Positions 26,007 to 35,931 are shown, numbered from the stretch's first letter. The stretch is DNA of 64,000 nucleotides from an uncultured Gammaproteobacteria bacterium (GCA_964596525.1 CAZQUL010000001.1:806509-870508); one strand, 5' to 3'. A program made the numbers and translations. Notes: generated by a model not told the origin, from the sequence alone.

Positions 26007-27038
26007 ATGGCGCCATCTCGTTACGTTTCCGGTGCAGCCTTGCTCTCGCTTCTCCTTACGTTCGGTGTGGGGTGCAATATCGTTTCGGTGCGCACCGCCG
26101 GCTCAACCCCAAGCGCGCCCACAACCGCCGCTCCAGTGAAGCGTTCCCGCGTTACGCTTGTGCCAAGCGCGCCTTCGTACGTCGTTCCCGTGGTCGAAGA
26201 TTACCTTACGTCCAATATCGTAAAACCAAAAAATACCGGCAGCGTTCTTACGGCAGCATTTTATACCTATGCCCAAGAAGAGCGCGAAGACGAACTTTAC
26301 TACTATATTTGGGGCGTGGTTGGTGAGTACGGGCAGCGTTCAGGCCGCGTGGTAACACTCGGCAGTTTCAGCGCGCCGCTCATTATTATTCTGGCCAAAG
26401 ATACTGATGGCGCTTATACGCGCGTTTTGGGGTACCGTCAGGCGCGTTCGCGCACCGAATCGCAGGCCATCCGCGAACTCTTCCCTCTAGATGCCGTTAA
26501 AGAAATACTCGGCCAAGAAGACGTCCATTCCAAACGCGTCGAACTCTTGTTTACCGAGACCCTCAATAAAGCGCGGGCAGCATTCAGCGTAGGCACCCCT
26601 GTTGATCTCGAAGCGGAAAGCGATGAGAAATGCATCAATTATAAATTCGAAGATTTCTCGCTTGGCGACCCCTACACCGGCGGTTATAATCCGTACCAGA
26701 TCGTCGGTTGGACCATCAGCAGCAACCTCAATACCGCCTTGGCGAGTGCTTACAATTCTGGTCCCAATTTAGCCGGGCGCTTCGTTATCGCGCGTGCGGC
26801 CTGCGGAACCAACTGCTACGAATACGGCATTGTCGACAATGCTACCGGCAATTTGGTTGCTGCACCCTTCCGTGCGAACTATGGCGTGGATTTCCGCCCT
26901 GATAGCCGCCTCATCGTCGTCAATCCGTACAAGAACATTCTTACGCCCAAATCCGCCGTGGTTACTTCGTACCTCGAGCTCATCGTTACGGCTACCGATG
27001 CCCGGCTCGAAACCCGCTGCGTGTATACATCCCGTTAA
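26007..27038 (+). CDS. Putative lipoprotein
   Basis: FGVG-C lipobox; C-terminal GPNLAGRF...CGTNC...IVD..TG domain. Confidence 0.8.
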   Translation: MAPSRYVSGAALLSLLLTFGVGCNIVSVRTAGSTPSAPTTAAPVKRSRVTLVPSAPSYVVPVVEDYLTSNIVKPKNTGSVLTAAFYTYAQEEREDELYYYIWGVVGEYGQRSGRVVTLGSFSAPLIIILAKDTDGAYTRVLGYRQARSRTESQAIRELFPLDAVKEILGQEDVHSKRVELLFTETLNKARAAFSVGTPVDLEAESDEKCINYKFEDFSLGDPYTGGYNPYQIVGWTISSNLNTALASAYNSGPNLAGRFVIARAACGTNCYEYGIVDNATGNLVAAPFRANYGVDFRPDSRLIVVNPYKNILTPKSAVVTSYLELIVTATDARLETRCVYTSR

Positions 27039-27050
27039 TCTTCCCTTACT

Positions 27051-27087
27051 CAATAAAAATACTCCGCTAAACGGAGTATTTTTATTG
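27051..27087. terminator. Bidirectional terminator
   Basis: Perfect 16-bp inverted repeat between convergent genes. Confidence 0.8.
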
Positions 27088-27097
27088 TGGGAAATTC

Positions 27098-27784
27098 TTA
27101 CTTTTTGAAAACTACACAAACCGCACCCAAGAGCCGCTTGGCGCCAATTTTTTCGATACTCCAGTCGTAGGCTTTACTGATAAGGTTTATGAGCGGGAAA
27201 CGGTGTAGATATACATATGTCGCGGCACGGTACTGAAGGTGCTGTACCATGAGGCCGGCAGCAGTGAAATGATGCGTAAAATCTTCGATCGATGCATACG
27301 CGTAGTGTGTTTCGTGGGCATGGTGCTCGTGGCCTTCGGCATGGCCTCTCACGAGTTGGTGAAAGGCGTGCGGCGTGTGTTTGGAAACGACGAATTCCGG
27401 CGCTCGCGGATTGGGGATTGAGGTGACGAAGATTCCGCCCGGCTTAAGGATACGGCTCACTTCGCGGGCGCTTTGTCCCAAATTCTCGATGTGTTCGAAA
27501 ACGAAGTTGGCGAATACTGCATCGTAGCGATTATCGGGCAACGCCTTCAAATCCTCGGCCGAAGCTTGGTAGCTTTGGCCAAGCCAAGGGTGCGATGTGC
27601 TGAGCGAACAGTCTACGATATCTGCTCGGTCCGCGGTAAACATGAGGCCAGCGCGGGCAAGTTCGGTTTCGATGACGATACTTTGGTTGGCGCCTAGATT
27701 AAGAATGTGGGCGTGTGGCTGCGAGTGTAGAGCCTTGATGAGGGCGGCTATAAGATCGCGTTCGGCAGGGGATTGTAAAGCCAT
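27098..27784 (-). CDS. Class I SAM-dependent methyltransferase
   Basis: ILNLGAN, YDAVFANFVFEHI, SRILKPGG...IPN. Confidence 0.88.
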   Translation of the reverse strand: MALQSPAERDLIAALIKALHSQPHAHILNLGANQSIVIETELARAGLMFTADRADIVDCSLSTSHPWLGQSYQASAEDLKALPDNRYDAVFANFVFEHIENLGQSAREVSRILKPGGIFVTSIPNPRAPEFVVSKHTPHAFHQLVRGHAEGHEHHAHETHYAYASIEDFTHHFTAAGLMVQHLQYRAATYVYLHRFPLINLISKAYDWSIEKIGAKRLLGAVCVVFKK

Positions 27785-27832
27785 ACGGAATCGTGATACA
27801 ACCAAGAATAATAACCTTAGTTTACCTTACGT

Positions 27833-28252
27833 ATGGCTAAAAGCAAACTGACTATTCTTATCGTTGCGGCGGTGCTTATCGTCGTTTTTGGCGTATTCCT
27901 TGGCTACCGCATCAAAGAAGCCCTGCAGACCCCGCATCTTATTGTGGCTCATACCGAGTATCCCTTGGCGCGCGATATGTGGCACCTTAATGGACAGCCT
28001 TTGGCGGTAGGCAAGGGGATTTGTTTCTGGCAGGTTGGTAAGCGCGGTGAGATCAAGCTCGAGCGCACCGACGGTCAAATCGCGACTGCTACATTTTCTA
28101 ATACTTTAAGCATCTCTGCTCCGTTTCCGTTCGTGCAATTTTCTATCGAAACCACCCCGGGTTTTTTTGGTGGGTTAAAGGTACTTGAAATTCCCACGAC
28201 CTCCCCGATGGTGAAGGAATTCTCCTGTCCGTCCGAAGTAAAATCCTTATAA
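27833..28252 (+). CDS. Hypothetical membrane-anchored protein
   Basis: N-terminal TM followed by a beta-rich domain. Confidence 0.7.
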   Translation: MAKSKLTILIVAAVLIVVFGVFLGYRIKEALQTPHLIVAHTEYPLARDMWHLNGQPLAVGKGICFWQVGKRGEIKLERTDGQIATATFSNTLSISAPFPFVQFSIETTPGFFGGLKVLEIPTTSPMVKEFSCPSEVKSL

Positions 28253-28305
28253 AATTGAAGACCGCCCCGAGTCTTCGGAGCGGTGCAGAAGTAGTTGTCT
28301 GTTCT

Positions 28306-28725
28306 TTAGCGGGCGAAGAGGCTGGCAAGTGCCGTCACCGTAACCGTGTAGATCGACGGTTCGGTGGGGCGCTGTTGAAGGGGGCGAAACGGACGGCAGC
28401 GGCGGTTGCGCGCAATGAGCTGGGCGGCCAGTTCGTCTGTCGATCCGCTGCTTGGCGCTGTTGCGGCAGGTGCTGTGTCAGACGATGGTTCGAGGGTTGG
28501 TGCGGATGTTCCACCGCACGGCACGCACTGGGTTCCGTCCCAGCACGTCCCGGGACCGCAAGCACTGCTGCGGGCCTCGCACGTATTGTTTCCAGGATTC
28601 ACCACGGTCCCGGTGCCGCAAGCCGCCGGTCCGCAACCGCCCAGGGTAATGAAAGTACTGTTAAGCAAAAAAACCCCTACCGCAGCAAGCGGTAGTGAGG
28701 AAATTGGTTTCATCCGGCTCTTCAT
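28306..28725 (-). CDS. Cys-rich putative lipoprotein (orphan)
   Basis: AAAGGAGG SD; LGG-C; two CGxGT...C repeats; P/A/T/S linker. Confidence 0.65.
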   Translation of the reverse strand: MKSRMKPISSLPLAAVGVFLLNSTFITLGGCGPAACGTGTVVNPGNNTCEARSSACGPGTCWDGTQCVPCGGTSAPTLEPSSDTAPAATAPSSGSTDELAAQLIARNRRCRPFRPLQQRPTEPSIYTVTVTALASLFAR

Positions 28726-28763
28726 GAACGACCTCCTTTTGTTGTGGGGCGGGATCGAGGCTT

Positions 28764-28792
28764 ATGCTAGCATAATGCCTAGATTTTGGCAA
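28764..28792 (-). promoter_or_regulatory. Sigma70-type promoter
   Basis: TTGCCA-N17-TAGCAT with TGn extension. Confidence 0.6.
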
Positions 28793-28946
28793 GGATATTT
28801 TAGGATAACCGGTGATAGTAAAAAGAGATATTTTTTGCCTAACATTAGCTTGATTTTACCTGCAAACTTGGTATAATCTGATAACTATGTGCTTTCGGCG
28901 CGTAGTGTGCTACGCTAGCTCGGCCTAGCTTTCTATCTGTTTCTCT

Positions 28947-31850
28947 ATGTCTTTTTTCTCCAAATTATTTGGTGATCCTAATGCTAAAGTAATTGCCGGC
29001 ATCCAGCCGATTGTGGAACGCATTAATGCCCTTGAACCTGCTCTCAAAGAATTGACCGCTGAGCAGCTTAAGGCTAAAACCCCGGAATTCAAAGAGCGCT
29101 TGGCTAAAGGGGAAACGCTTGATGATATTTTACCCGAAGCTTTCGCGGTCGTGCGCGAGATGTCGCGCCGCCTTACCGGCATGCGCCACTTCGATGTGCA
29201 GCTCATGGGTGGTATTGTGCTGCATCGCGGTAATATTGCCGAAATGCATACCGGTGAAGGTAAGACGCTTACTGCTACGCTCCCGGTGTATCTCAACGCA
29301 CTCAGTGGTAAGGGCGTGCACGTGGTTACGGTCAACGACTATCTCGCTAAGCGTGATGCCGTGTGGATGGGCCAGATTTACGATGCACTCGGCCTTTCAG
29401 TTGGTATCATCCAGAACCAAATGGTTTCATATCGCTATAGCGCGCACGCAAGAAAAACTGATGAAACAGCTCCGGCTCTGGAAGTAAAACAGGTAGAAGA
29501 AACATCCAACACAGCGCAAAAATCCTTCAGTGAATTGGCCGAAGGTTCTCCTGCCGACAAAGAACGCGACGCCAAAGGTTCCTACAAAGTAGAATACGAC
29601 TTTTTGGAATCATGCACGCGTCAGGAAGCGCACCGCTCCGACATCGTTTACGGCACGAACAACGAATTCGGTTTCGATTATCTGCGCGATAATATGTCCC
29701 AGTCGACCGGCGAGCAGGTTTTGCATGCCCTCAACTTCGCCATCGTCGATGAAGTCGATTCCATCCTTATCGACGAGGCGCGCACGCCGCTCATCATTTC
29801 CGCGCCTATGGAAGAGGCGACCGAGCGCTATTACCGCTTTGCCGAGCTTGTCGAACGCCTCGAAGAAAATACTGATTACAATATCGATGAAAAAATGCGC
29901 GCGGCAACGCTTTCCGAAAACGGTATTAAGAAAATGGAAGAGTGGCTTGGTATCTCGAATATTTATGCTGAAGGCGGCGTGGCGACCGTACACCACGTGG
30001 AACAAGCGCTTCGTGCCAAGGCGCTCTTTAAGCGTGACCGTGATTACGTCATCGAAAACGGCGAAGTGCTCATCGTTGACGAATTTACGGGTCGCAAGAT
30101 GCCGGGCCGTCGCTATAGCGAAGGTCTGCACCAGGCCATCGAAGCTAAAGAGAAAGTTAAAATCCAGCGCGAAAGCCAGACCATGGCCACCGTTACGTTC
30201 CAGAATTTTTTCCGCATGTACGCCAAGCTTTCTGGTATGACCGGTACGGCCGTCACTGAAGCGGAGGAATTCGGCAAAATCTACAAACTCGAAGTAGTGG
30301 TTATTCCGGCTAACAAAGGTAAGCGTCGCGTGGATCATCCCGACCGTATCTACCGTACGCAGCACGCCAAGTTTAAAGCTATTGCCATGCGCGTCAAAGA
30401 GCTTCAGGCCAAGGGCCAGCCGGTTCTTATTGGTACGGTTTCAGTTGTCAAGAACGAGCTCCTTGCGCAGTATCTCGAGCAAGAAGGGGTTAAATTCGAA
30501 GTGCTCAATGCTAAGAACCACGAACGTGAAGGTGAAATCGTGGCCCAGGCCGGTCGGCCGGGTGCGGTGACGCTCGCCACCAACATGGCAGGCCGCGGCG
30601 TCGATATCATTTTGGGCGGAAACCCGGCAATTCCGGCTGATGCCGAGAAAGTCCGTAGCCTTGGCGGTTTGTTTGTTATCGGCACCGAGCGCCATGAGTC
30701 GCGCCGTATCGATAATCAGCTGCGCGGCCGTTCCGGCCGTCAGGGCGATCCGGGTGAAACGCAGTTCTATCTTTCAACTGAAGACGATTTAATGCGTATC
30801 TTTGCCGGTGATCGTATCAAAGCCGTAATGGAAGCACTCAAAGTGCCCGATGACATGCCGATCGAACAACGTTCGCTCACCCGTATCATCGAAAGCGCGC
30901 AGAAGAAAGTGGAAGGCTTCCACTTTGATACCCGCAAACACCTTTTGGAATACGATGACGTGCTCAATCGTCACCGTGAAGTGATTTACGGCAACCGCCG
31001 CAAAGTGCTGGCAAGCTATGACCGCGAACGAGCTGTCCTTACCGCCGGCGCCCCGGCCCTTACCGCCGAAGAAAAAACGCTCCGCGCTATGATTTTCGAT
31101 TACGTCGAGCGCGAGGTTGAGCAGGTCGTTGCGGTGCACACGAGCGCCGAAGAAGGGGAGACATGGAACATGAAAGAGATCACTGAAACCGTGGCGACCA
31201 TCTTTCCGCTCTCGACCGAAGAGCGCGAGGCTATCACGGCGTTCTCTACACGTCCTGAAGCGAAGCTCCATGCGGCTGAACTGCGCACCAAACTCATCGA
31301 GCACATACTCACACTCGCTCGTGCCAAATATGACGAGCTCATCATCCGCCCGTTCCAGCACCCAGAACTCATCCTTGAAATCGAAAAGCAGATCATGCTC
31401 CGCTCTATCGATAACCTGTGGGTTGAGCACCTCGTAGCGGTCGATTATTTGCGCACCGGTATCGGACTACGCGGGTATGGCCAGCGTGATCCGCTCGTCG
31501 AATACAAGAAAGAAACCTACCGCATGTTCAACGAGCTCTTGAGCCTTATTCAAAAAGAAGTGGTGTATACCATCTTTAAAGTCGGTATCGGCATGACACT
31601 CGCTCCGAGTGTTGTTGCTGAAGCTCAAAAAGACTACCAGGCTGCCGACGCTTCGACGGCAGGAGTTGCTCCTCACGATCACAACCACGACCATAATCAT
31701 GCCCATGACGGCCACGATCATGCGCATGGACATCCGCACGCTCATGCAGCGCCAGCTTCTAAAAATCAGAATCCGCCCAAAGAAATGAATCGCAACGATC
31801 TCTGTTACTGTGGTTCGGGCAAGAAGTTTAAGAAATGCCATGGTGCCTAA
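28947..31850 (+). CDS. secA: Preprotein translocase SecA with His-rich linker and SEC-C motif
   Basis: EMHTGEGKTL, VDEVDSILIDEARTPLIIS, ATNMAGRG, QLRGRSGRQGDPG, RNDLCYCGSGKKFKKCHG. Confidence 0.99.
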   Translation: MSFFSKLFGDPNAKVIAGIQPIVERINALEPALKELTAEQLKAKTPEFKERLAKGETLDDILPEAFAVVREMSRRLTGMRHFDVQLMGGIVLHRGNIAEMHTGEGKTLTATLPVYLNALSGKGVHVVTVNDYLAKRDAVWMGQIYDALGLSVGIIQNQMVSYRYSAHARKTDETAPALEVKQVEETSNTAQKSFSELAEGSPADKERDAKGSYKVEYDFLESCTRQEAHRSDIVYGTNNEFGFDYLRDNMSQSTGEQVLHALNFAIVDEVDSILIDEARTPLIISAPMEEATERYYRFAELVERLEENTDYNIDEKMRAATLSENGIKKMEEWLGISNIYAEGGVATVHHVEQALRAKALFKRDRDYVIENGEVLIVDEFTGRKMPGRRYSEGLHQAIEAKEKVKIQRESQTMATVTFQNFFRMYAKLSGMTGTAVTEAEEFGKIYKLEVVVIPANKGKRRVDHPDRIYRTQHAKFKAIAMRVKELQAKGQPVLIGTVSVVKNELLAQYLEQEGVKFEVLNAKNHEREGEIVAQAGRPGAVTLATNMAGRGVDIILGGNPAIPADAEKVRSLGGLFVIGTERHESRRIDNQLRGRSGRQGDPGETQFYLSTEDDLMRIFAGDRIKAVMEALKVPDDMPIEQRSLTRIIESAQKKVEGFHFDTRKHLLEYDDVLNRHREVIYGNRRKVLASYDRERAVLTAGAPALTAEEKTLRAMIFDYVEREVEQVVAVHTSAEEGETWNMKEITETVATIFPLSTEEREAITAFSTRPEAKLHAAELRTKLIEHILTLARAKYDELIIRPFQHPELILEIEKQIMLRSIDNLWVEHLVAVDYLRTGIGLRGYGQRDPLVEYKKETYRMFNELLSLIQKEVVYTIFKVGIGMTLAPSVVAEAQKDYQAADASTAGVAPHDHNHDHNHAHDGHDHAHGHPHAHAAPASKNQNPPKEMNRNDLCYCGSGKKFKKCHGA

Positions 31851-31853
31851 ATT

Positions 31854-31890
31854 ATTAAAAAGGAACTTTACAACAGAGTTCCTTTTTAAT
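31854..31890 (+). terminator. Intrinsic terminator after secA
   Basis: ATTAAAAAGGAACT/AGTTCCTTTTTAAT inverted repeat. Confidence 0.7.
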
Positions 31891-31900
31891 TGACGAATCT

Positions 31901-32239
31901 ATGCCTGGCATTACCGATACCAATAAAATCGACCTTATCGCCCGCACTAAAGATGGACGTGCTGAGCTGGTAATCGTCGAAGAACATCCGTGGACCGGAA
32001 CCGAAGAGCGCCTCAAGATGTTTCTCGAAAAAATTAAAACGTATGTTGCGTACGCTCTCGGCGATCAGTTCAAGGAGATGTACCCGGATCTCGCTCAAAA
32101 AATCGTGACTATCAAGATTATGATGTTTCATGAGTTTGATCCAATTACCAAGAAATTGTTTGATGCCCTATCCGAGGATATCAACAAAAAATACCAGATC
32201 GTGATCGAATCAAAGATAATGGACATAAACAAAACCTAG
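31901..32239 (+). CDS. Small conserved hypothetical protein (DUF6572-like)
   Basis: IDLI...LVI.E..PW...L..KI.TY..Y...Q..E.YP pattern, recalled resemblance only. Confidence 0.6.
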   Translation: MPGITDTNKIDLIARTKDGRAELVIVEEHPWTGTEERLKMFLEKIKTYVAYALGDQFKEMYPDLAQKIVTIKIMMFHEFDPITKKLFDALSEDINKKYQIVIESKIMDINKT

Positions 32240-32317
32240 CCTTCGATATCATGCGGAGTCTGAAAAATTTTCTCGTATCGTGTCTGCTGAATTTACTTTG
32301 CTCTTAGCCAGCTTTAT

Positions 32318-34528
32318 ATGCGTGAAAGCATGCGCTTAGATCCTTCTGCGATCGGTAGGACTGATAACGCACGGCTGCCATCTCGTGAGCTTGGTGAGAT
32401 TTCCTCTGCGCCCAAACAAGAGAATGTTCTCAAAAACGAAGCAGCGCGCATGTTTGAACATGCCGATATGTATCGTTTGCCCGGGGATTCTTCGCTCACT
32501 GAAAAAGATTTTAAACGTTACTTTGAAAGTAATGCGCGGTTTGAGGAGCAGCTTTCGGAAATGTTGGTTGCGGGATTAGAAAATTCGGAAACACACGAAG
32601 CACTTTCAGCTTTCCGCATGCTTGTCCAAAAGGATTTTTTGGCTGAATATCCGGCGGTGCTTTCGTTCGTTAACCGTATGATCGAGTCTGGCGACTATGG
32701 TGCACAGCGCTTGATCCTCGATTATATTCCTGTACTCAAGCCCGAAGATAGGGGAAGGTACATTGATGAGATTTTTGAAAAAGGAAATATCGAATTACAA
32801 GAAAAGGCAGCTTCGTTTCTCAAATTTATTCCGCCTAATGAGGGTGAGAGGTTGCGTCGGAAATTAGGTCAAATCCTATGGAACTACTTGACGGAAAATC
32901 CAGCGCTCTACGAGTCACACGGTTTTCCTTTCGAGATAATAGACAATGTTCCTGAAGGCGATCGGAATAAAGCACAAGAGTATATCGCCAACTTAATCAA
33001 AGAAGCGCTCCGAGCGCCGTCATTATCGGATCGTCGGGGGTATGCATATCTCACCTGCGTGCTTCCTTCTGATATGCAGAAAAAATTCATAAACCAATAT
33101 TTTTCCGACAAGAATACCAAGCTCACCTCGTATTTTTTGCGCGAGATGGGGTATCGGAAAGAGCGAGTTGACCCTGCTTTTTTTACCGGCTTACCAGAGG
33201 TTATTGAGCGCGGACTTAACGGAGAAAATGATGATTTTGCCGAGTCCCTTTCCGATTTGATCCCCCAAGCGCCGGTCGCTAACCGAGGGCGGCTTGTCGA
33301 ACAGGCTCTTAGCTATCCGTCGCAACGAGTGCGTTCGCGCGCAGTCAGTGCCCTCCGTAGCGTCTCTTCTTCCGATCTTCCTTTGCTGGTCGATAAGTGT
33401 TTATCCTCGTCTTATAGTAAAGTGGCTTACACGGCTTTGGATCATCTCAATCGAATGGTTTCGGAAGAGAAAATTAGTCTTCAGCCGGCAGTGCGGCGCG
33501 TGGTAGAAAAAATGCTCGATTCGGACGATTATTCGGATTTTGTCGCTGGACTCGCTTCTTTTCCCCACCTTTCGCCATTCGATCAGGAATTAATGCTCGA
33601 AAAGGTTCCGAGTTTACTTGATACTTTTTTTAAAGATCCTGATATTGCTTTGCGTATTTTCAGGCATTTTCGTTTTGACGCGCTTCCGCATAATGTCTGC
33701 GCTTTGATAGACGTTCGGTTGCCGGAGCTCCTGAAAGAAGTTTTTTCTTTCCAAAACCGAGAACACTGGTCGCAAGCCTTACGGCTTATCGATCGGTTGC
33801 CGATGGTCGAAAAGGATTCGTTTTATGATCTAGCGGTAGGTACAATAAAAGAAACCTATGAATCGGGTAGTCTAAAAGACGTGGTCGCATTGCTTGGTGA
33901 ATTATCGGATGAGATGTCCTCGGCATTCGCGAAAAAACTACCTGCAATTTCGCCGGTTTTAAGCGAGTATCTCTTGAGGAAGGCCTCGCACTCTCCTTTG
34001 TATAACAAGTTTCCCGAGCCGTTCACGAAAGAGGATTTTGCTAAAGACGGTTCGACAACTACGTTACTCGATCGTATTCCAGGTCTCGACAATGTATCAC
34101 TGCGCGAACGGGTTATTATCCGACATATTGGGCCGCAATACTACGCCGTCTGGAAAAAGGCTTATGAAGCGATTGATTGCTGGAAACGGCACGGCTTTAA
34201 CTATGTTCCGGTCGAACCGATCGTCGGCGTTTCGATGCCAGCACTAAATAAGCCGGTTGATGTATACACAAGAGTGATAAACGGGCCATCGGCCGCTCTA
34301 TGGCTCGAGGACGGTGGGTTATATCAAGGCCGTATTGACCAACAGATCCATAGCATCAAGCTTGCTTTAAGTGAACTTGGTATCATCCATGGCCATGATT
34401 ACCATAAAGGCAATTTCGTCGTGTGTTTCGAACGTGATGGCGCTTCGGGTAAACCGATCCTCACCGCGCCGCCACGAGTGTATGTGATCGATTTTGATCA
34501 AGCTACGTCTATTAAAGAAAAGAAATAA
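32318..34528 (+). CDS. HEAT/ARM-repeat protein with C-terminal kinase-like domain
   Basis: Helical repeats (LVEQALSYPSQRVRSRAVSAL); YVPVEPI, LGIIHGHDYHKGNF, VYVIDFDQA. Confidence 0.75.
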   Translation: MRESMRLDPSAIGRTDNARLPSRELGEISSAPKQENVLKNEAARMFEHADMYRLPGDSSLTEKDFKRYFESNARFEEQLSEMLVAGLENSETHEALSAFRMLVQKDFLAEYPAVLSFVNRMIESGDYGAQRLILDYIPVLKPEDRGRYIDEIFEKGNIELQEKAASFLKFIPPNEGERLRRKLGQILWNYLTENPALYESHGFPFEIIDNVPEGDRNKAQEYIANLIKEALRAPSLSDRRGYAYLTCVLPSDMQKKFINQYFSDKNTKLTSYFLREMGYRKERVDPAFFTGLPEVIERGLNGENDDFAESLSDLIPQAPVANRGRLVEQALSYPSQRVRSRAVSALRSVSSSDLPLLVDKCLSSSYSKVAYTALDHLNRMVSEEKISLQPAVRRVVEKMLDSDDYSDFVAGLASFPHLSPFDQELMLEKVPSLLDTFFKDPDIALRIFRHFRFDALPHNVCALIDVRLPELLKEVFSFQNREHWSQALRLIDRLPMVEKDSFYDLAVGTIKETYESGSLKDVVALLGELSDEMSSAFAKKLPAISPVLSEYLLRKASHSPLYNKFPEPFTKEDFAKDGSTTTLLDRIPGLDNVSLRERVIIRHIGPQYYAVWKKAYEAIDCWKRHGFNYVPVEPIVGVSMPALNKPVDVYTRVINGPSAALWLEDGGLYQGRIDQQIHSIKLALSELGIIHGHDYHKGNFVVCFERDGASGKPILTAPPRVYVIDFDQATSIKEKK

Positions 34529-34537
34529 GAACTCGAA

Positions 34538-34861
34538 ATGCCCAAAATTACCACCTTCAAAAATGATTCCTTCAAGAAAAGCCGCGGCGGTTATTCACGT
34601 TGGTTGTCTTTAAGGTGTGAAAAATGTCAGACTCCGCTCTTGACGTATCAGAAAGACGGGCCGGGAATTCTGAAGCGGTTGTATGTGGATCGAATCGTTT
34701 TTCCGACTGATTTCGATCCAAAGAAAAATTTAGTATGCGCTGGATGCGATGTGCTTATTGGCATTCTTATCGTATACGAGAAAGAAAATCGGCCAGCGTA
34801 CCGTTTATTTGCGGAGGCGATTGAAAAGAAAATTATCAAAAGCTGTACTCTACCGAAATAA
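34538..34861 (+). CDS. Small putative zinc-binding protein
   Basis: CEKC...YQKDGPGILKRLYVDRI...CAGC. Confidence 0.75.
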   Translation: MPKITTFKNDSFKKSRGGYSRWLSLRCEKCQTPLLTYQKDGPGILKRLYVDRIVFPTDFDPKKNLVCAGCDVLIGILIVYEKENRPAYRLFAEAIEKKIIKSCTLPK

Positions 34862-34866
34862 TTTTT

Positions 34867-35856
34867 ATGTTTACTACCAATCATCCTGATCCGCTCAAAA
34901 TTCTCTCGTCTACCCGTCCATTGGTTGAAAATGCTCGCTTCGTTACCATCAACCCGGCGGCGATTGATGAATTTTTGGCCCACCTCAAACCAAAACTCAC
35001 TGCTATCGCGGGGAGTTATGCCACTTCCCTCAAACATGGTGAAACGCTCGACGAAAGCGTGCAGCTCCTCTTTATCATGTCATCGGTCAACTTCTGTTTT
35101 TGGGCAGCGCCCCGCGAGAAGAAATGGAGTGTGGAATGGCCAGTGGGCGTGGTAAGCAAAGGCGGATTTTTCTCGCTTGTTAGCGTATTTAGACGAGCTT
35201 TGGCAACAGGAATGCCGCTCGCGGATGCAGGGTATCTTGCGACGTTACCCCTTGCGGATGCTGAGGAGTTATTTAGGGGTTATGACGGAACGAGTATTCC
35301 GCTTTTCGAGGAACGTGTCGCCAATCTGCGCGAAATCGGTCGGGTACTCGCTCTTTCGTACGAAGGAAAAGCGATGAATCTCATTGAAGAAGCCGGATTC
35401 GACGCGGTTAACCTGGCGACGCTCCTCGTCGAAGAATTTCCGTCATTCGCCGATATCGTTGCGCATGACAACGGGCGCTATATGTTTCTTAAGCGAGCTC
35501 AATTATTCGTTAATGACTTGGTGCATCTAGCCGAATTTTTTCCCGAATTTAAGCTTTTAAATACCGACCAGATCGTGACGCTCGCGGATTATCGTTTACC
35601 GCAGGTGCTCGAGCATTTCGGTCTTATTTCGTACGCGGATGATTTGATGCAGCGCTTAAAAGCGTATGACGAGCTTGCGCCAGGGAGTCGTGAAGAACTT
35701 GAAATCCGAGCGGCGACGATTTGGGCGGTTGAGCTTGTGCGTCAGCAACTCGGTGTGCCTGCTACGACGACGGTGGATACGGCCATCTGGCTTCTGGCCC
35801 AGGATTTGCGTGAGGACATGAAGCCGCATCATCGGACGCGGACAACGGCATATTAG
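34867..35856 (+). CDS. Queuosine salvage protein (Qng1/DUF2419 family)
   Basis: NFCFW, FPSFAD, FLKRAQL, ADYRLPQVL, ELEIRAATIWAVE, D..IW, PHHRTRT..Y. Confidence 0.88.
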   Translation: MFTTNHPDPLKILSSTRPLVENARFVTINPAAIDEFLAHLKPKLTAIAGSYATSLKHGETLDESVQLLFIMSSVNFCFWAAPREKKWSVEWPVGVVSKGGFFSLVSVFRRALATGMPLADAGYLATLPLADAEELFRGYDGTSIPLFEERVANLREIGRVLALSYEGKAMNLIEEAGFDAVNLATLLVEEFPSFADIVAHDNGRYMFLKRAQLFVNDLVHLAEFFPEFKLLNTDQIVTLADYRLPQVLEHFGLISYADDLMQRLKAYDELAPGSREELEIRAATIWAVELVRQQLGVPATTTVDTAIWLLAQDLREDMKPHHRTRTTAY

Positions 35857-35931
35857 TTCATAACCGTTGATTTTTTAAAACATAAAAGGAAGTAGGTCAT
35901 ACTTCCTTTGCAAAGAACGAAGGCGTGCCGG

